Origin: Lytechinus pictus
Lineage: Eukaryota
Direction: 5' to 3'
Length of the DNA: 64,000 bases
Assembly: GCF_037042905.1 (NCBI RefSeq)
Contig: NC_087250.1
Location: 7,504,001-7,568,000, forward strand
Below, in pieces: positions 52,760 through 64,000 of this stretch (the first letter of the stretch is position 1; every line of letters starts with the position of its first letter). Made by a program: the position numbers and the translations under genes. The notes beneath the pieces are model-generated. The model was given only the letters and a program-made list of their open reading frames with translations. It had not been told where the DNA came from and did not search any database.

Positions 52760-53255
52760 TTATCATCACCATCGTCAACATCCCTAACATCAATATCACC
52801 ATCATCATCCCTGACATCATCATCTTAATCATATCATCATCCTCACCATCATCATCTTCATTATCATCACCATCATCTCATCACCATCATCATCATCATA
52901 TCATATTCATAATCATCATCATCATAATCACAATCATCATTATCATCATCATCAACATCATCATCTAATCAACATCATCATCTCATCACCATCATCATCC
53001 CCTTCAACATCACCATCATCATATTCATAATCATCATCATAATCACAATCATCATCATCTTGAACATCACCATCATCATCATCATAATCATCATCATCAC
53101 CATCATCATAAACATCATCTTCACTATCACCATCATCATCATCACCATCATCATCAAAATCACCACTTCCACCACCATCATCGTAATCATCACCACCACC
53201 ACCATCATCATCATCACCATCACCACCACCACCATCACCCTCATCATCATCATAA
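52760..53255. repeat. (CAT)n degenerate microsatellite filling a USP intron
   Basis: Direct inspection. Confidence 0.95.
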
Positions 53256-53266
53256 TCTCTACCTAC

Positions 53267-53431
53267 CCTCTACCGTGATGTATAATTAGTGATGTCAGAT
53301 CATACATATAATCCTCTGTCGTCACGATCTTCTTTGGGTTGGGATCTACCAGACAGAACTGTCTCATGTTCAGCTCTTGATCAAACTTCACCGGAACGTG
53401 GATCTTCTCTCTGTGATTTCTCCCCGACCAC
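53267..53431 (-). CDS. USP44: USP44/49-like exon (RWSGRNHREKI...YDLTSLIIHHGRG)
   Basis: RWSGRNHREKI is characteristic of USP44/49; start of the His box. Confidence 0.9.
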
Positions 53432-54169
53432 CTAAACAAAATGAGATTCAGGTTTAAATTGTGATGCATTGTGGCTGGTTTCATGCAGACCGTCTACAGG
53501 ACCCCGTCTTACAAAGAGTTACGATTGATCCGATCAATCTCAATCTCTTATATGGAAATCCATCCATGTCATAATTATTTCTTCAAGAAATTTGCTCAAT
53601 GTCCTTTCAAAACAAAGAGAAGCATACTGAATCGTCAAGGAAACAGGGAATGTATGAATACACATCATATCTAAAAAATATTTCGAACAAACATGTATTT
53701 AAATGTTGACGTCGCTGGCCGTCCATAGTTGTGGTTGATTGGATCAATCGTAACTCTATGGAAATCCATCAGTGTCTTTGCACAATGTCCTTTGTAAACA
53801 AAGAGATGCACAGTGAAGTCTTAACAAAACAATGTATGCATGAATATACATCATAGTTAGAAAATATTTTGATCAAACATGCATAATAGATGTTGTCGTT
53901 GCTGGCCGTCCATAGTTGTGATTGATTGGATCAATCGCAACTCTTTGTAAGACGGGGCCCAGGAGTGAAGACAGACAGTCAACCTGCCCAGAAACGTCAA
54001 GTCTTCTTTCTTGCTCCAAATCTACAACTGGACTCGCCGACTCAAAATTATTTAATGAAAAATGATGAAAATCCATAATTTATTGCTCGAAATAGACATG
54101 AAATGAAATACTCCGAAAATTTGCGTTGCCCAATTGATCGTGGGCCTGGAAGCCGCCGTGCAGCGCCAG

Positions 54170-54325
54170 ATCGACGAGGCTATATCCCTTTAATCGTTGA
54201 ACGCCAAACAGGGTAGCAGCAACTCCCATCTTTTGACGTCTTTTGGTCTGACGCGGCCGGGGTTTGAACCCCCGACCTCCCGGTTGTGAGACGGACGCTC
54301 TACCAACTGAGCCAACACACCAGCC
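54170..54325 (-). mobile_element. tRNA-derived SINE (second family)
   Basis: TGGCTCAGTTGG and GGTTCAAACCC boxes followed by a non-tRNA body. Confidence 0.7.
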
Positions 54326-55135
54326 TCATCTCCTCCCTCCAATTTGGTGGATTCACAATATGGTGCGCCATCTATCCGTTGCAGCGGACAGGCAGAAATT
54401 TGCAATGCATCATGGGAAATAGTCGATATCTGTTGCTCTTGCTCGTACTAAACTGAATGCATGCATGCGATTATTCAGCGCTGGCCAACGTGGCACGACT
54501 GGATATGCTGCTTACTAGGGGGCAGGAGGTAGGAGAGAAATTTGCCCGCATATTTCTTTGCAAAATTCAGACAGTTTTTGGTGAATTCTTGCCATATGTT
54601 TTTCATATTTGAAGCACTAGCACTGTGCGCTGCCTGCGCCTGTGCGCGATGTCAACCCCAAAGTTAGAAATTTTGCCTATTCGCGGCAATGGTTAGATGG
54701 CGCACCATATTGTAAATCCACTGAATTCAAGCCAGCTTACTCTCAACTACTCCAGCCTCTCATCTCTTAAACTACTCCAGCCTCTCATCTCTTTCTTGTT
54801 TACAGTCCTTTTTAGGACTACACTCCACTCTGAAAAGAACACCCTATTTCTAACCTCCACTTTCTCACCCATGCATTTCACCTTTACCTCTATCCACTTT
54901 TCTTAGTCTTTTCCAAGACTTTCCACATGGTGTAGCATTAAACAACTTCTGCCGTAAGCCAGTTTATTGACAAGTAATCTCTTGGTAGCTTCCGTCTGTA
55001 ACTCACCTAAGATGGAGTCTTAGTACATGAGGTAGTTTTATAACAAGAAGTCTCTTACTAGCTTCAGTCTTAGTACAAAATATAATTTAGTCACAAGGTA
55101 GTTCATTGTCTTCGTAGCTTCCGTCTGTAACTCAC

Positions 55136-55369
55136 CTAAATCTCTTAAGATGGAGTCTTAGTACATGAGGTAGTTTGGTGACTAGTAATCTCTTCGTGGC
55201 TTCCGTCTGTATGACTGGCTTTCCGGACGCCTCTCTTCTCTTGCTATTACACTCCTCGCACTGGTAGACTGGTCCATCCAGGTGTTCTATCTCGGTGAAC
55301 TTGGATAGCATCTCGGTCAGGTGGCACGTGTCCTCGGATATGTTGCTCCGGTTGGAGCTGAACTGATAC
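55136..55369 (-). CDS. USP44: USP44/49-like exon (CHLTEMLSKFT...YQCEECN...LPHVLRLHLKRF)
   Basis: USP motif LPxVLRLHLKRF; AG/GT in phase. Confidence 0.9.
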
Positions 55370-55825
55370 CTGGAGTAACATCAAACCAAACTTGACTTTA
55401 AACTTGAGGACTGACTGAACACTGACCTCTACGACCTTTGACCTTGTGACCCCAGATCAGATCTGTCAATTCCGTACCCATATATGCGCTAAATTTGAAG
55501 TTAATCACTCAGAGGTTTAATCGAGTTATCACAAAAAATAGATGTTTTCATGTATTTATGACCTTCACCGTCGTGACGCCAACTTTAAATGTATCATTGT
55601 CATTCCTAAAAACTTTCATGACGCAACTTAGAGTTGATCTGTGGAAATAGTTCCTTACTTTTCTCAATAAAAAAACAGGTCAGACGGACAGACAAATGAT
55701 TAAAAAACAAACACTTATGGTGGCCGAAGGCATGAAAGTAAAAGAACAGAAAAAGAAATAGGATGAGAAAAGAGGGGGAAAACGAGAAAAAGGGATGGAA
55801 GAAAATTCACAATTATGGGATTTAC

Positions 55826-56035
55826 CTTTCAGGAAACTCTAGTGACAGGTCCCAGAACGGTTCGTAGGTGTTGGATTTCGACCGACATTTCAGACACATC
55901 ACCTGAGAAACTAACCACCCTTCAAAGATCTTTGGGACAATCTCCTCTGACGTCATGGAGACACCGTTGCCTAGCGACAGCGAGAGGGGCGTGGCTAGGT
56001 TCTGGAGCTCGGAGTGAATCTTGTCCATGAACTCA
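55826..56035 (-). CDS. USP44: USP44/49-like exon (CEFMDKIHSEL...IFEGWLVSQVMCLKC...EPFWDLSLEFPER)
   Basis: USP fingers CxxC; EPFWDLSLEFPER motif. Confidence 0.9.
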
Positions 56036-56996
56036 CTGCGATAGTAAAAGTCAAATTAAGATATCAGGGTTGTATTTTTTAAAAAAATTTTTTTTTACTT
56101 CTATAACACTTTTTTTGGGGTTAACCCTAATACTCCTGGGGTATTTCAAAGCTTGTTATTACTGAGAAGGGGTCGTTATGCCCCCCCCCCTCAAGATCTC
56201 GGCCATGGGTCGCCTGATTGCCTCAAAATTTTGCACGAGGGTCAAAAATTATGTAGTCCACAAAGTTGTATAGCTAAATTTACGAAAGTCCTTTTATTTT
56301 TTATATTAATCAATTTAGGCTTATTTATACAAGAAATCATAGATTTTGGTATTTTTCACTAAATAAAGCCTCAGAAATAGCAATCTTTGGTCCAAATGTG
56401 TTTCATACCTCCCTCATCAATACCTGAAAAAAATGATAGGTTGTGGTAATTATTTCTTATGTATTGCCCCCCCCCCCCCTAGGTATTAGGGTTAATGTAT
56501 TTTCTTACTATTTTCAAAACATCTAGAATCAACTTAAATGAAACAAAACATTTTTTGCCCCCAGAATGCTCAAAGGAGCCCTGGAATTTTTTTTTTTTTT
56601 AATCCCATTCATGTCAATGTTAACGCTTATCCAATATTGCAGATTTAGGCAATTGGTTGTGAAAAATGCGGTTCCGTGACACATGCTCCGGCGACAATTG
56701 CTCTACTGTTAATTCCACACACCAATAGAACAACTCTCTTCAACCCAGGTGGGTGTTTCATAAAGCTGTTCGTAAGATACGAATGACTTTACGCACAACT
56801 GGTAACCCTTTCTCATGCCAAGTGATATATCCTTATGTAATTGAGTTCGGACCCAAGATGTTCCAGTAGTTTGTAAACTTGTGCGTAGCTTTACGAACAG
56901 CTTTATGAAACACCCACCTGGATCTACATCTATAAACACTATACCCTACCCTTAACCAAACATAAAACCCTATTGCAACCCTAATCCTACACCTTA

Positions 56997-57408
56997 AGGC
57001 CACCGCACACCTTACGACCCGACTGGTCAACGACTGGCTTGCGACTGAGTGAGGGAGATGAATCGCAAGGTAGTCATAGGCCTCGACACCGCACACTTTG
57101 CAATCCGATCTGCGACTCACGCATGCGCTTTTTTGCCATATCATCTGAGAAAGTGCACTTACTACTGCGTATGCGCGTTGTTTATCATATACGCGTCGTG
57201 CAACTCTACTGTCTGATTGGCTGGAAGTTGGATTGAGCTTGCGATCCAGTCATAAGGATTCGACATGTCAAATCCTTCCGATTTTCCTTGCGACTTGTCT
57301 CTGACCGGTCTGCTACGCTCAAGCTGACAAGAGCTGTGACGTCACATCTCCCTCACTCAGTCGCAAGCCAGTCGCCGACCAGTCGGGTCGTAAGGTGTGC
57401 GGTGGCCT
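56997..57408. mobile_element. Harbinger-like MITE nested in an older repeat (~56670-57460)
   Basis: TIR AGGCCACCGCACACCTTACGACCCGACTGGTC; flanks TTA/CTA. Confidence 0.8.
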
Positions 57409-57533
57409 CTAGACAAAATAAAGACTGGAGCAATAGTCATAGAAGCAAGTGTCATGTCACCTTGAAAAATAGCCCCCAAAAGTAAAATTTAAGATTTTGC
57501 CTGACGCAGAGTACTTGAAATCGCCGTACTTAC

Positions 57534-57683
57534 CAGAGAAATTCCTGAGCGTCTTGTTGTGCGTAACCGCGGAACGAGGGTATAAGCCTCCAGACTGAAC
57601 TGAGGAAACCATGAGGGGATACGATAGCCCACTTGCCGGACCACATGACCCTCAGGAGCATGTGAAGCTCATGACATAGTGGA
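57534..57683 (-). CDS. USP44: USP44/USP49-like deubiquitinase internal exon (LCHELH...WSGKW...[13 protein letters not shown]); upstream exons lie outside the window
   Basis: QQDAQEF box; the WSGKWAxVSP segment is characteristic of USP44/49. The two paralogs cannot be told apart here. Confidence 0.88.
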
Positions 57684-57728
57684 CTGAGGGGAAAAAGAAT
57701 GTTACACAAATAAATTAATAAACACAAG

Positions 57729-58040
57729 GGCCTGTATTCTGAAGTCAGGTTTAACTTAGACCATGGTCTAAGTCTGTGCTAAAATTGTGGGGAGCCAACA
57801 ATTAAAAGATTCTGTTTATATCGTATCTTTGTTATGTTTACTATTTTGATTCCTTTTGCTTTCATGATAAAGAAAAATACTTCAGTTGTCATTCCCAGAT
57901 AACTATGAATGATTTGAGTGTCAAATGAGTTAATTAATTGGATGTGTACTGTTAAGGATTTGAGCTCCAATTTGCTCTCCATAGTTAAACCACAACTTTA
58001 AACCAGGGTTTAATTGAAACCAGTGTTCAGAATATGGGCC
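57729..58040. mobile_element. Harbinger-like MITE family A
   Basis: Homologous to the 6689 copy. Confidence 0.75.
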
Positions 58041-58051
58041 ATAGTCTTTAA

Positions 58052-58390
58052 AAGACAAGTCCACCCCAACAAAAAATTGATTTGATTAAAAAGAGAAAAA
58101 TCAAACAAGCATAACACTGAAAATTTCATCAAAATCGGATGTAAAATATGAAAGTTATGACATTTTAAAGTTTCGCTTAATTTCACAAAACAATTATATG
58201 CACATCTTGGTTGGTAAGCAAGTGAGGAGACTGATGATGTCATCCACTCACTATTTCTTTTGTATTTTATTATATGAAATATGAAATAATCTAATTTTCT
58301 CCTCATTGTCAAGTGAGTCAGTGATCAATTCCTCCCTGAACATGTGATGTTAGCATTGCTATTATATGATTCAGTCAAGTCGGTCCCTAT
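58052..58390. mobile_element. Left half of a Kolobok-like MITE, cut by the LTR insertion
   Basis: Colinear with the 34343 copy up to CCTAT, where the LTR begins. Confidence 0.75.
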
Positions 58391-59260
58391 TGTCACGAAA
58401 CCAAGCTGAAGTATATTCTCGCCTTGACGCAAAGAAATACCCGTGACTAAAAGCTTGCGAGAAGAAGTTGATTTTATTACAGGTTCAAGACTTCAAGATG
58501 AATCTTCAACACACATGTATATATATTTCAACACAAGCGCAATAAAATACCAGCTCTGAGACATACGTCTCCCTCTCTTTCGTAGCTATACTATCTTCTG
58601 ACTAAAAGTCACTTTCCTTCCACTACTTATAACGTACCGTTACATAAATGTAACCCACTGTTACATAAAAATATATAAAGGAATATATAGAGAATTCTCT
58701 ACCCTATGTTTCTCCTTGTCTGAAATTACATAAACTACTCTAGCCAATCAAGGCTCAGGACTGACTTATATAAGTTATAATATTCCTTAGCTTCGGGTGG
58801 AGATAAAGGGATACATAGAGAAACTACTTGGAACCAATCATCTCACACTACCACCTTACATAAGCATTTGGAGGTGCCTTTAAAGAAATACATAACGAAA
58901 CTTCTTTGGACCAATCACATCATAGGAGTCCCTTACATAAGTTAAGTTGTTCCTTGTCTGGAGATGGATACAAAGAGTTACAAAGAATAACCACTTTTGG
59001 CCAATGATACTATAGGGCTATCTTGCATAAGTGTCTGGAAATGAACTAAAGTTTTGTAAAGAGAAACTCTTTCTGACCAATGGCAGTTTAGTACTTTCTT
59101 ACATAAACTGTGTTTTTCCAGACAGGGGTAATGAATGTTTATCCCTCCCTTGACGTATCAAGGACAAGAACGTAAATTCTGGCATGTGAAATGGGTTACT
59201 GTATATACTATTAGGACTTTCACATGCATACTTTAATCTTGTGAGGACTACTTCGTCACA
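58391..59260 (-). repeat. 3' LTR (870 bp), TGTGACGAA...TTCGTGACA
   Basis: TG...CA ends with an 8/9 terminal inverted repeat, directly after the PPT; AATAAA at 58473-58478 (minus). Confidence 0.85.
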
Positions 59261-59890
59261 GACATCCCCCTCCTTCAGATAATGAAAACGGGATGGGATG
59301 AACATGAACTATTTTCTTTTCATTTGTCCTGTTTTCATTTTCTTTAACTTAACTCCTACCAAATAACCAGTGCAATAATTATTCAAATCTAATGTCATAA
59401 AATCAGTATCCACTGACTATTTTGTTAAACATATATACCATTTCAACTGTACAAACATCACAAATTATGAATATCCTCCATATCTAATTTCCAAATTAAC
59501 TGTCAAAGTCAAACAACATATTGAACAATGGTAAATGTCAATAATTGAATACTGGTGGAAATATATTTACAGTTCTTGAGTTCCAGTTTATATTTTGATA
59601 TTTTAAGAGTTCATCCGGTCTCCGGGTTCTAGGATATGTCATGTCCTCCAAAGCTGAATCATGCGTTCCAATTAATAATTATAACAGTTCAAATAGGGTA
59701 CTTTAAAGTGAGCTCTTGGATTTAGGCAAGGCAGGTTTTATTATTTGTCAATCGTACTACGACTTAATCTGAAACCATCATGGTGATTTTACGGAAAATC
59801 TTACAATAGGTTAGAACACACTATCATACAATACAAAAATACAAATTTACAAATATTTACACTAAACTTAATGGCCTGCTGTCCATGATT

Positions 59891-62800
59891 TTACATGCGA
59901 GATAGGCCATCAGCATTACCATTCTTTGCTCCACTCCTGTGCTCAATTTTCATTGGATAGGCTTGGAGTGCTAGACTCCATCTCATTAGCCTAGCATTAT
60001 CATTTTTCATTTGCTGTAGCCATCTAAGTGGATTGTGATCAGTTTGAACCACAAACTGTCTACCAAAAAGGTATGGTTGGAATTTGCGTACACTCCACAC
60101 TATCGCCATGCACTCTTTTTCCACAATGGCATATTTAACTTCTCTTGGTAGAAGTTTTCTACTGATGTATGCAATGGGATGATCTTCGCCTTCATCATTT
60201 TTCTGACTCAAGACTGCCCCAATGCCACGGTCAGATGCATCTACTTGGACAATGAATTCCTTATCAAAATCTGGGTTCCTGAGCACAGGAGCTTGTGTCA
60301 ATGCTAGCTTTAGTGTCTGAAATGCCTGTGTGCATTTATCATTCCATTTTACTAGTCTTGGTTCAGATTTCTTTGTAAGATCTGTGAGAGGGGTTGCCAC
60401 CTTACTATAATTAGGAATGAATTTCCTATAATATCCAGTAAGCCCTAGAAATGCCCTAACATCTGTCTTTGTGACTGGCTGTGCAGAATTCACCACAGCT
60501 TCTATCTTAGCTGGTTCTGGTCTTACACTGCCCCCTCCCAAAACAAATCCCAAGTACAACACTTCTTGTCGTGCAAATTTGCATTTGCTGGGCTTTACTG
60601 TCAGACCAGCATCTCTCAACCTATCTAGTACTTCTCGTAGATGTGTCAGATGCTCCTCCCATGTTTTACTAAATACAATGATATCATCAATGTACGCAGT
60701 AGCATAATCACTGGCGCCGCGCAATACCCTATCAATCAATCGCTGGAAAGTGGCGGGCGCGCCTTGCATTCCAAATGGCATCACATGAAATTGGTAAAGA
60801 CCAAACGGTGTGATGAATGCAGACTTTTTGCTAGCTTCAGCAGTTAGAGGGACCTGCCAATACCCCTTTGTCAAGTCCATGGTGGTTATGTACTTAGCCT
60901 GTCCTAATTGATCAATAATCTCTTCTATATTAGGCATTGGATATGCATCGAATTCGGTTACTTCATTAAGCTTACGATAATCAACGCATAATCTCAGTGC
61001 TCCATCCTTCTTTTTCACAATCACTAGTGGACTCGCATAAGGTGAATCTGACTCTGTGATAATTCCTGCCTCCAACATTTCCTTAAGTTCATCCTTAACT
61101 TTATTCTTGATTGTGTGGGGGATGCGATACGCCTTTTGTCTAATTGGTCTGTCAGTACTAGTCTTCAGATCATGCTCTGTAACGTCAGTCCTCCCTGGTC
61201 TTTCACTCAGTATGTCTGAATACTCATCTAGTATGACCGACAATTGTTCGGACTGTTCAGCAGCCAGGTGGTCAGGTATTTCTACCTCGCTTGGATTGGG
61301 GTCATAAGTCAGTGGTTCGACAAAGGTTTCCAAATCTTCATCTTCTTCACTATCAACTATGTCTGCGAACAAGACTAAGTCCTGTCTGTCCCTCCATGGT
61401 CTCAGCATGTTTACATGGAAGACCCTGTGTTTCTTTCTTTTGTCCCCCATTTCTACTGCATAGTTTACATCACTTATTTTCTGTATCACCCGATAGGGGC
61501 CCTGCCATTTTGCTATCAACTTATTGTTAGAAGTTGGAAGCAACACTAGTACTTGTTGATCTACCTCTATCTCTTGTACTCGCGCTTTCCTGTCATACCA
61601 TACTTTCTGTCTGGTTTGAGCTTCAGATAGATTTATTTGAGCTGCTTTTGTCATTTCCCCTAGCCTTTCTCTCATATCTAACACATATGAAACAATACCT
61701 TCATTTCCAGGTATCTCTCCCGTCCATGTTTCTCGTACTACATCAAGGGGACCCCTAACTCTGTGCCCATATAGTAACTCAAAGGGGGAGAATCCTGTTG
61801 ATTCTTGTGGGACTTCCCGGTATGCAAAAAGCATGAAGGGGATGAGGTCATCCCATGTTGCATCCCTCTCTAGACAGTATGGTTTTAACATATTCTTGAG
61901 GGAGGCATTGAATCTTTCAACTAGTCCATTTGCCTGGGGATGGTAAGGGCTTGTCCTCATTTGCTTAATTCCGAGACTAGCACACAGTTGTTTCATCAAG
62001 TGGGACATGAAATTAGCTCCCTGATCAGAGAGAATCTCCTCTGGAATCCCAACCCTACTGAATATCTTTACCAACTCATCTGCTACTTTTTCAGCCTCGA
62101 TTGAAGAGAGAGGGACAGCTTCGGGGTATCTCGTTGAATAATCGCACACCACTAAGATGAATCTATTTCCCTTTTTGGTTCGAGGAAGGGGGCCAACTAT
62201 ATCCATAGCTACCTTGCGGAATGGGGGCCCAATTACTGGTACAGATACAAGTTTAGCTTTCCCTCGTTTTGATTGCCCTACACATTTCTGACATGGCCCA
62301 CATGTTTTGCAATATTCCGCTACATCTTGGAATAATCCTGGCCAGTAGAAATTTTGCAACAGCCTCTGTTGTGTTTTCTTTACCCCTAAGTGTCCACCCG
62401 TTAAGTTGTCATGGGCTATTTCCAGAAGTTTCATCCTAAACTTTCTTGGGACAACTACTTGCCTATGGACTTCCTCCTCGTTTGTATTTCTACTTGCCCA
62501 CTTTCGCATTAGGACCCCATCACTAATATAGAAACAATTTCTACTCTGCTCTGTTTCTTCCTCATCTACTGTTTTCTCCCATGTAGATTTTAGGGATTCA
62601 TCCTCCTGTTGAGCTTCAATGAGTTTACTCCTTTCTACGTCTAGACAGTTAATCTGTGAACTTGGAAAAGGGAGATCTTTGTCTACTATGTTTTCTTCCC
62701 TTTCACTACCCTCACCAGAATCTATCTCTCCACCCTTTTCATCCCTTTTGTTACCTTGCCCCTTCTCATTGTTAGCCTCCTCTTTCTCAAACAAATTGGT

Positions 62801-64000
62801 AGTCTTTGTTCCTAACTTGTTAATTTCTTCCTCCTGTTTAGCTGCCTTTGCGCTTTCTTCTCTAGTCTTACTACGAGTTACGACTAAACTCGCAGCCTGA
62901 TTAGTTGCCTGAGGGATGACCAATTCTACATCATCAACCAGCTCATTACCCAGTATTAGGTCAACTGGTAGGACATCTAGTAATCCTACTTTAACCCATC
63001 CAGCTATACCATAGGGCTTGCTAATGAGATATACTCTGGCAACGGAAACCACTGTTCCAGCCAGAAGTCCCTTTATCTCAAGTGTTTCCCCAGGTATGAC
63101 CAGATTGGGATCCACCAAATCCGTCCGAGCTAATGAGTGTGTGCAGCCGCAATCTCTCAGCAACTCTATTTCCCTGCCTCCTAACATAGCCTTACTCATG
63201 TAATTTGTTAACCCACTATGGGTTTCCCGTTCTACTGTCCGAGTCCTACACAGATATGTTCTCTGATTTTTCTCATTTCTTTCTCGCGAATCACTGGGCT
63301 TGTTAGGACAATTTACAGCAATGTGACCTAATTTGTCACATTTGTAACATCTTTGGGGCCTATTATTACCTTGGGTATATCTCTTGTTTTGATTGGCCCT
63401 ATCTCCTCTCCCATTACTAGAATATTGGGACCGATCCTCCCTTCCACCAATTTGCTGGGAAACTCCCACATTTCTCATTGGGCTATAACCCCCTGGTTTT
63501 CCCCCTCCTGACTTAGTCTTTCGACTAGTCATATATTGATCAGCGAGCCTGGCCATCTCTTCTAGAGTATCTGGTTCGTGGTCCAATAACCATACCTTTA
63601 GATCATAGGGGACCTTTGTGAGCATCTGCTCTTTAAGGATCTCTTGTTTTAGCCTATTTAGATCCCAGGCGGCATTTGCACCCTCTAGCCACCTACTAAA
63701 CAAGTCGGTCAACTGTACTGAGTATTCTAAGTACGTCTCGTCCCTCTTAACGTAGTGATCCCTAAATTTTGCCCTGTATGCCTCGGCAGTGAGGTCATAC
63801 CTTCTCAAAATTGCCTCCTTCACTATATTATAATTACCTACGTAATCAGGGGATACCCTGGTGTATGCCTCTCTTGCCTTACCTGAGAGTAGTGGGACCA
63901 ATTGACATGCCCAAATTTCCTCTGGCCACTGATATAATTTAGCCAAATTTTCAAATGTACGAAGAAAAACATCAATATCTTCCCCTTCGACAAATTTGGG
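59891..64000 (-). CDS. Gag-pol polyprotein of a Gmr1-like Gypsy LTR retrotransposon (5' end outside window)
   Basis: Single open frame >1351 aa: SCAN-like capsid, CCHC knuckle (CYKCDKLGHIAVNC), protease (LLRDCGC), integrase (HHCC and DDE), RT (YIDD), RNase H (DAS), in that order. Confidence 0.95.
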   Translation of the reverse strand, partial: PKFVEGEDIDVFLRTFENLAKLYQWPEEIWACQLVPLLSGKAREAYTRVSPDYVGNYNIVKEAILRRYDLTAEAYRAKFRDHYVKRDETYLEYSVQLTDLFSRWLEGANAAWDLNRLKQEILKEQMLTKVPYDLKVWLLDHEPDTLEEMARLADQYMTSRKTKSGGGKPGGYSPMRNVGVSQQIGGREDRSQYSSNGRGDRANQNKRYTQGNNRPQRCYKCDKLGHIAVNCPNKPSDSRERNEKNQRTYLCRTRTVERETHSGLTNYMSKAMLGGREIELLRDCGCTHSLARTDLVDPNLVIPGETLEIKGLLAGTVVSVARVYLISKPYGIAGWVKVGLLDVLPVDLILGNELVDDVELVIPQATNQAASLVVTRSKTREESAKAAKQEEEINKLGTKTTNLFEKEEANNEKGQGNKRDEKGGEIDSGEGSEREENIVDKDLPFPSSQINCLDVERSKLIEAQQEDESLKSTWEKTVDEEETEQSRNCFYISDGVLMRKWASRNTNEEEVHRQVVVPRKFRMKLLEIAHDNLTGGHLGVKKTQQRLLQNFYWPGLFQDVAEYCKTCGPCQKCVGQSKRGKAKLVSVPVIGPPFRKVAMDIVGPLPRTKKGNRFILVVCDYSTRYPEAVPLSSIEAEKVADELVKIFSRVGIPEEILSDQGANFMSHLMKQLCASLGIKQMRTSPYHPQANGLVERFNASLKNMLKPYCLERDATWDDLIPFMLFAYREVPQESTGFSPFELLYGHRVRGPLDVVRETWTGEIPGNEGIVSYVLDMRERLGEMTKAAQINLSEAQTRQKVWYDRKARVQEIEVDQQVLVLLPTSNNKLIAKWQGPYRVIQKISDVNYAVEMGDKRKKHRVFHVNMLRPWRDRQDLVLFADIVDSEEDEDLETFVEPLTYDPNPSEVEIPDHLAAEQSEQLSVILDEYSDILSERPGRTDVTEHDLKTSTDRPIRQKAYRIPHTIKNKVKDELKEMLEAGIITESDSPYASPLVIVKKKDGALRLCVDYRKLNEVTEFDAYPMPNIEEIIDQLGQAKYITTMDLTKGYWQVPLTAEASKKSAFITPFGLYQFHVMPFGMQGAPATFQRLIDRVLRGASDYATAYIDDIIVFSKTWEEHLTHLREVLDRLRDAGLTVKPSKCKFARQEVLYLGFVLGGGSVRPEPAKIEAVVNSAQPVTKTDVRAFLGLTGYYRKFIPNYSKVATPLTDLTKKSEPRLVKWNDKCTQAFQTLKLALTQAPVLRNPDFDKEFIVQVDASDRGIGAVLSQKNDEGEDHPIAYISRKLLPREVKYAIVEKECMAIVWSVRKFQPYLFGRQFVVQTDHNPLRWLQQMKNDNARLMRWSLALQAYPMKIEHRSGAKNGNADGLSRM

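Larger units (their letters stand above)
58391..64000 (-). mobile_element. Gmr1-like Ty3/Gypsy LTR retrotransposon (3' portion) in a USP44/49 intron
   Basis: Polyprotein plus polypurine tract (GAAGGAGGGGGA, ~59265-59276) plus 3' LTR. Confidence 0.93.

Noticed and set aside
52978..53278. Met-rich and Ile-rich ORFs
   Set aside because: Translations of the (CAT)n repeat inside an intron.
54250..54325. tRNA-Val(CAC) gene
   Set aside because: Imperfect stems, and it continues into a SINE-like body rather than a T-run terminator.
60471..63203. Plus-strand ORFs over the retrotransposon
   Set aside because: Antisense shadows of gag-pol with no recognisable motifs.

Overview
AT-rich, intron-rich animal genomic DNA, probably a sea urchin or other echinoderm (inferred from gene sequences and repeat landscape; not verified). 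Three host genes could be assembled exon by exon with GT-AG sites and consistent phases. PINX1 (minus strand, 5 exons, 29709->4116, 436 aa) lies head-to-head with PLK1 (plus strand, 12 exons, 30189->42143, 579 aa), with only 479 bp between the ATGs. The 3' six exons of a USP44/USP49-type deubiquitinase (minus strand, 57683->51908) converge on PLK1. The ~19-kb first intron of PINX1 is a multi-level nest of mobile DNA. A 15.2-kb TIR element (43-bp TIRs, 8-bp TSD) contains a decayed L1/Tx1-type LINE. That LINE is split by a 737-bp AATT-flanked MITE and an 8.3-kb TTAA-flanked Kolobok-like element. The Kolobok-like element in turn holds a 3.6-kb foldback element built from ~55-60 repeats of an 18-bp perfect palindrome. 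The right end of the window holds an apparently intact Gmr1-type Gypsy LTR retrotransposon (integrase upstream of RT) with its 3' LTR, inserted into a MITE in a USP intron. Many MITEs, SINEs, hairpins and microsatellites fill the rest. All coordinates were counted by hand and no database searches were run.
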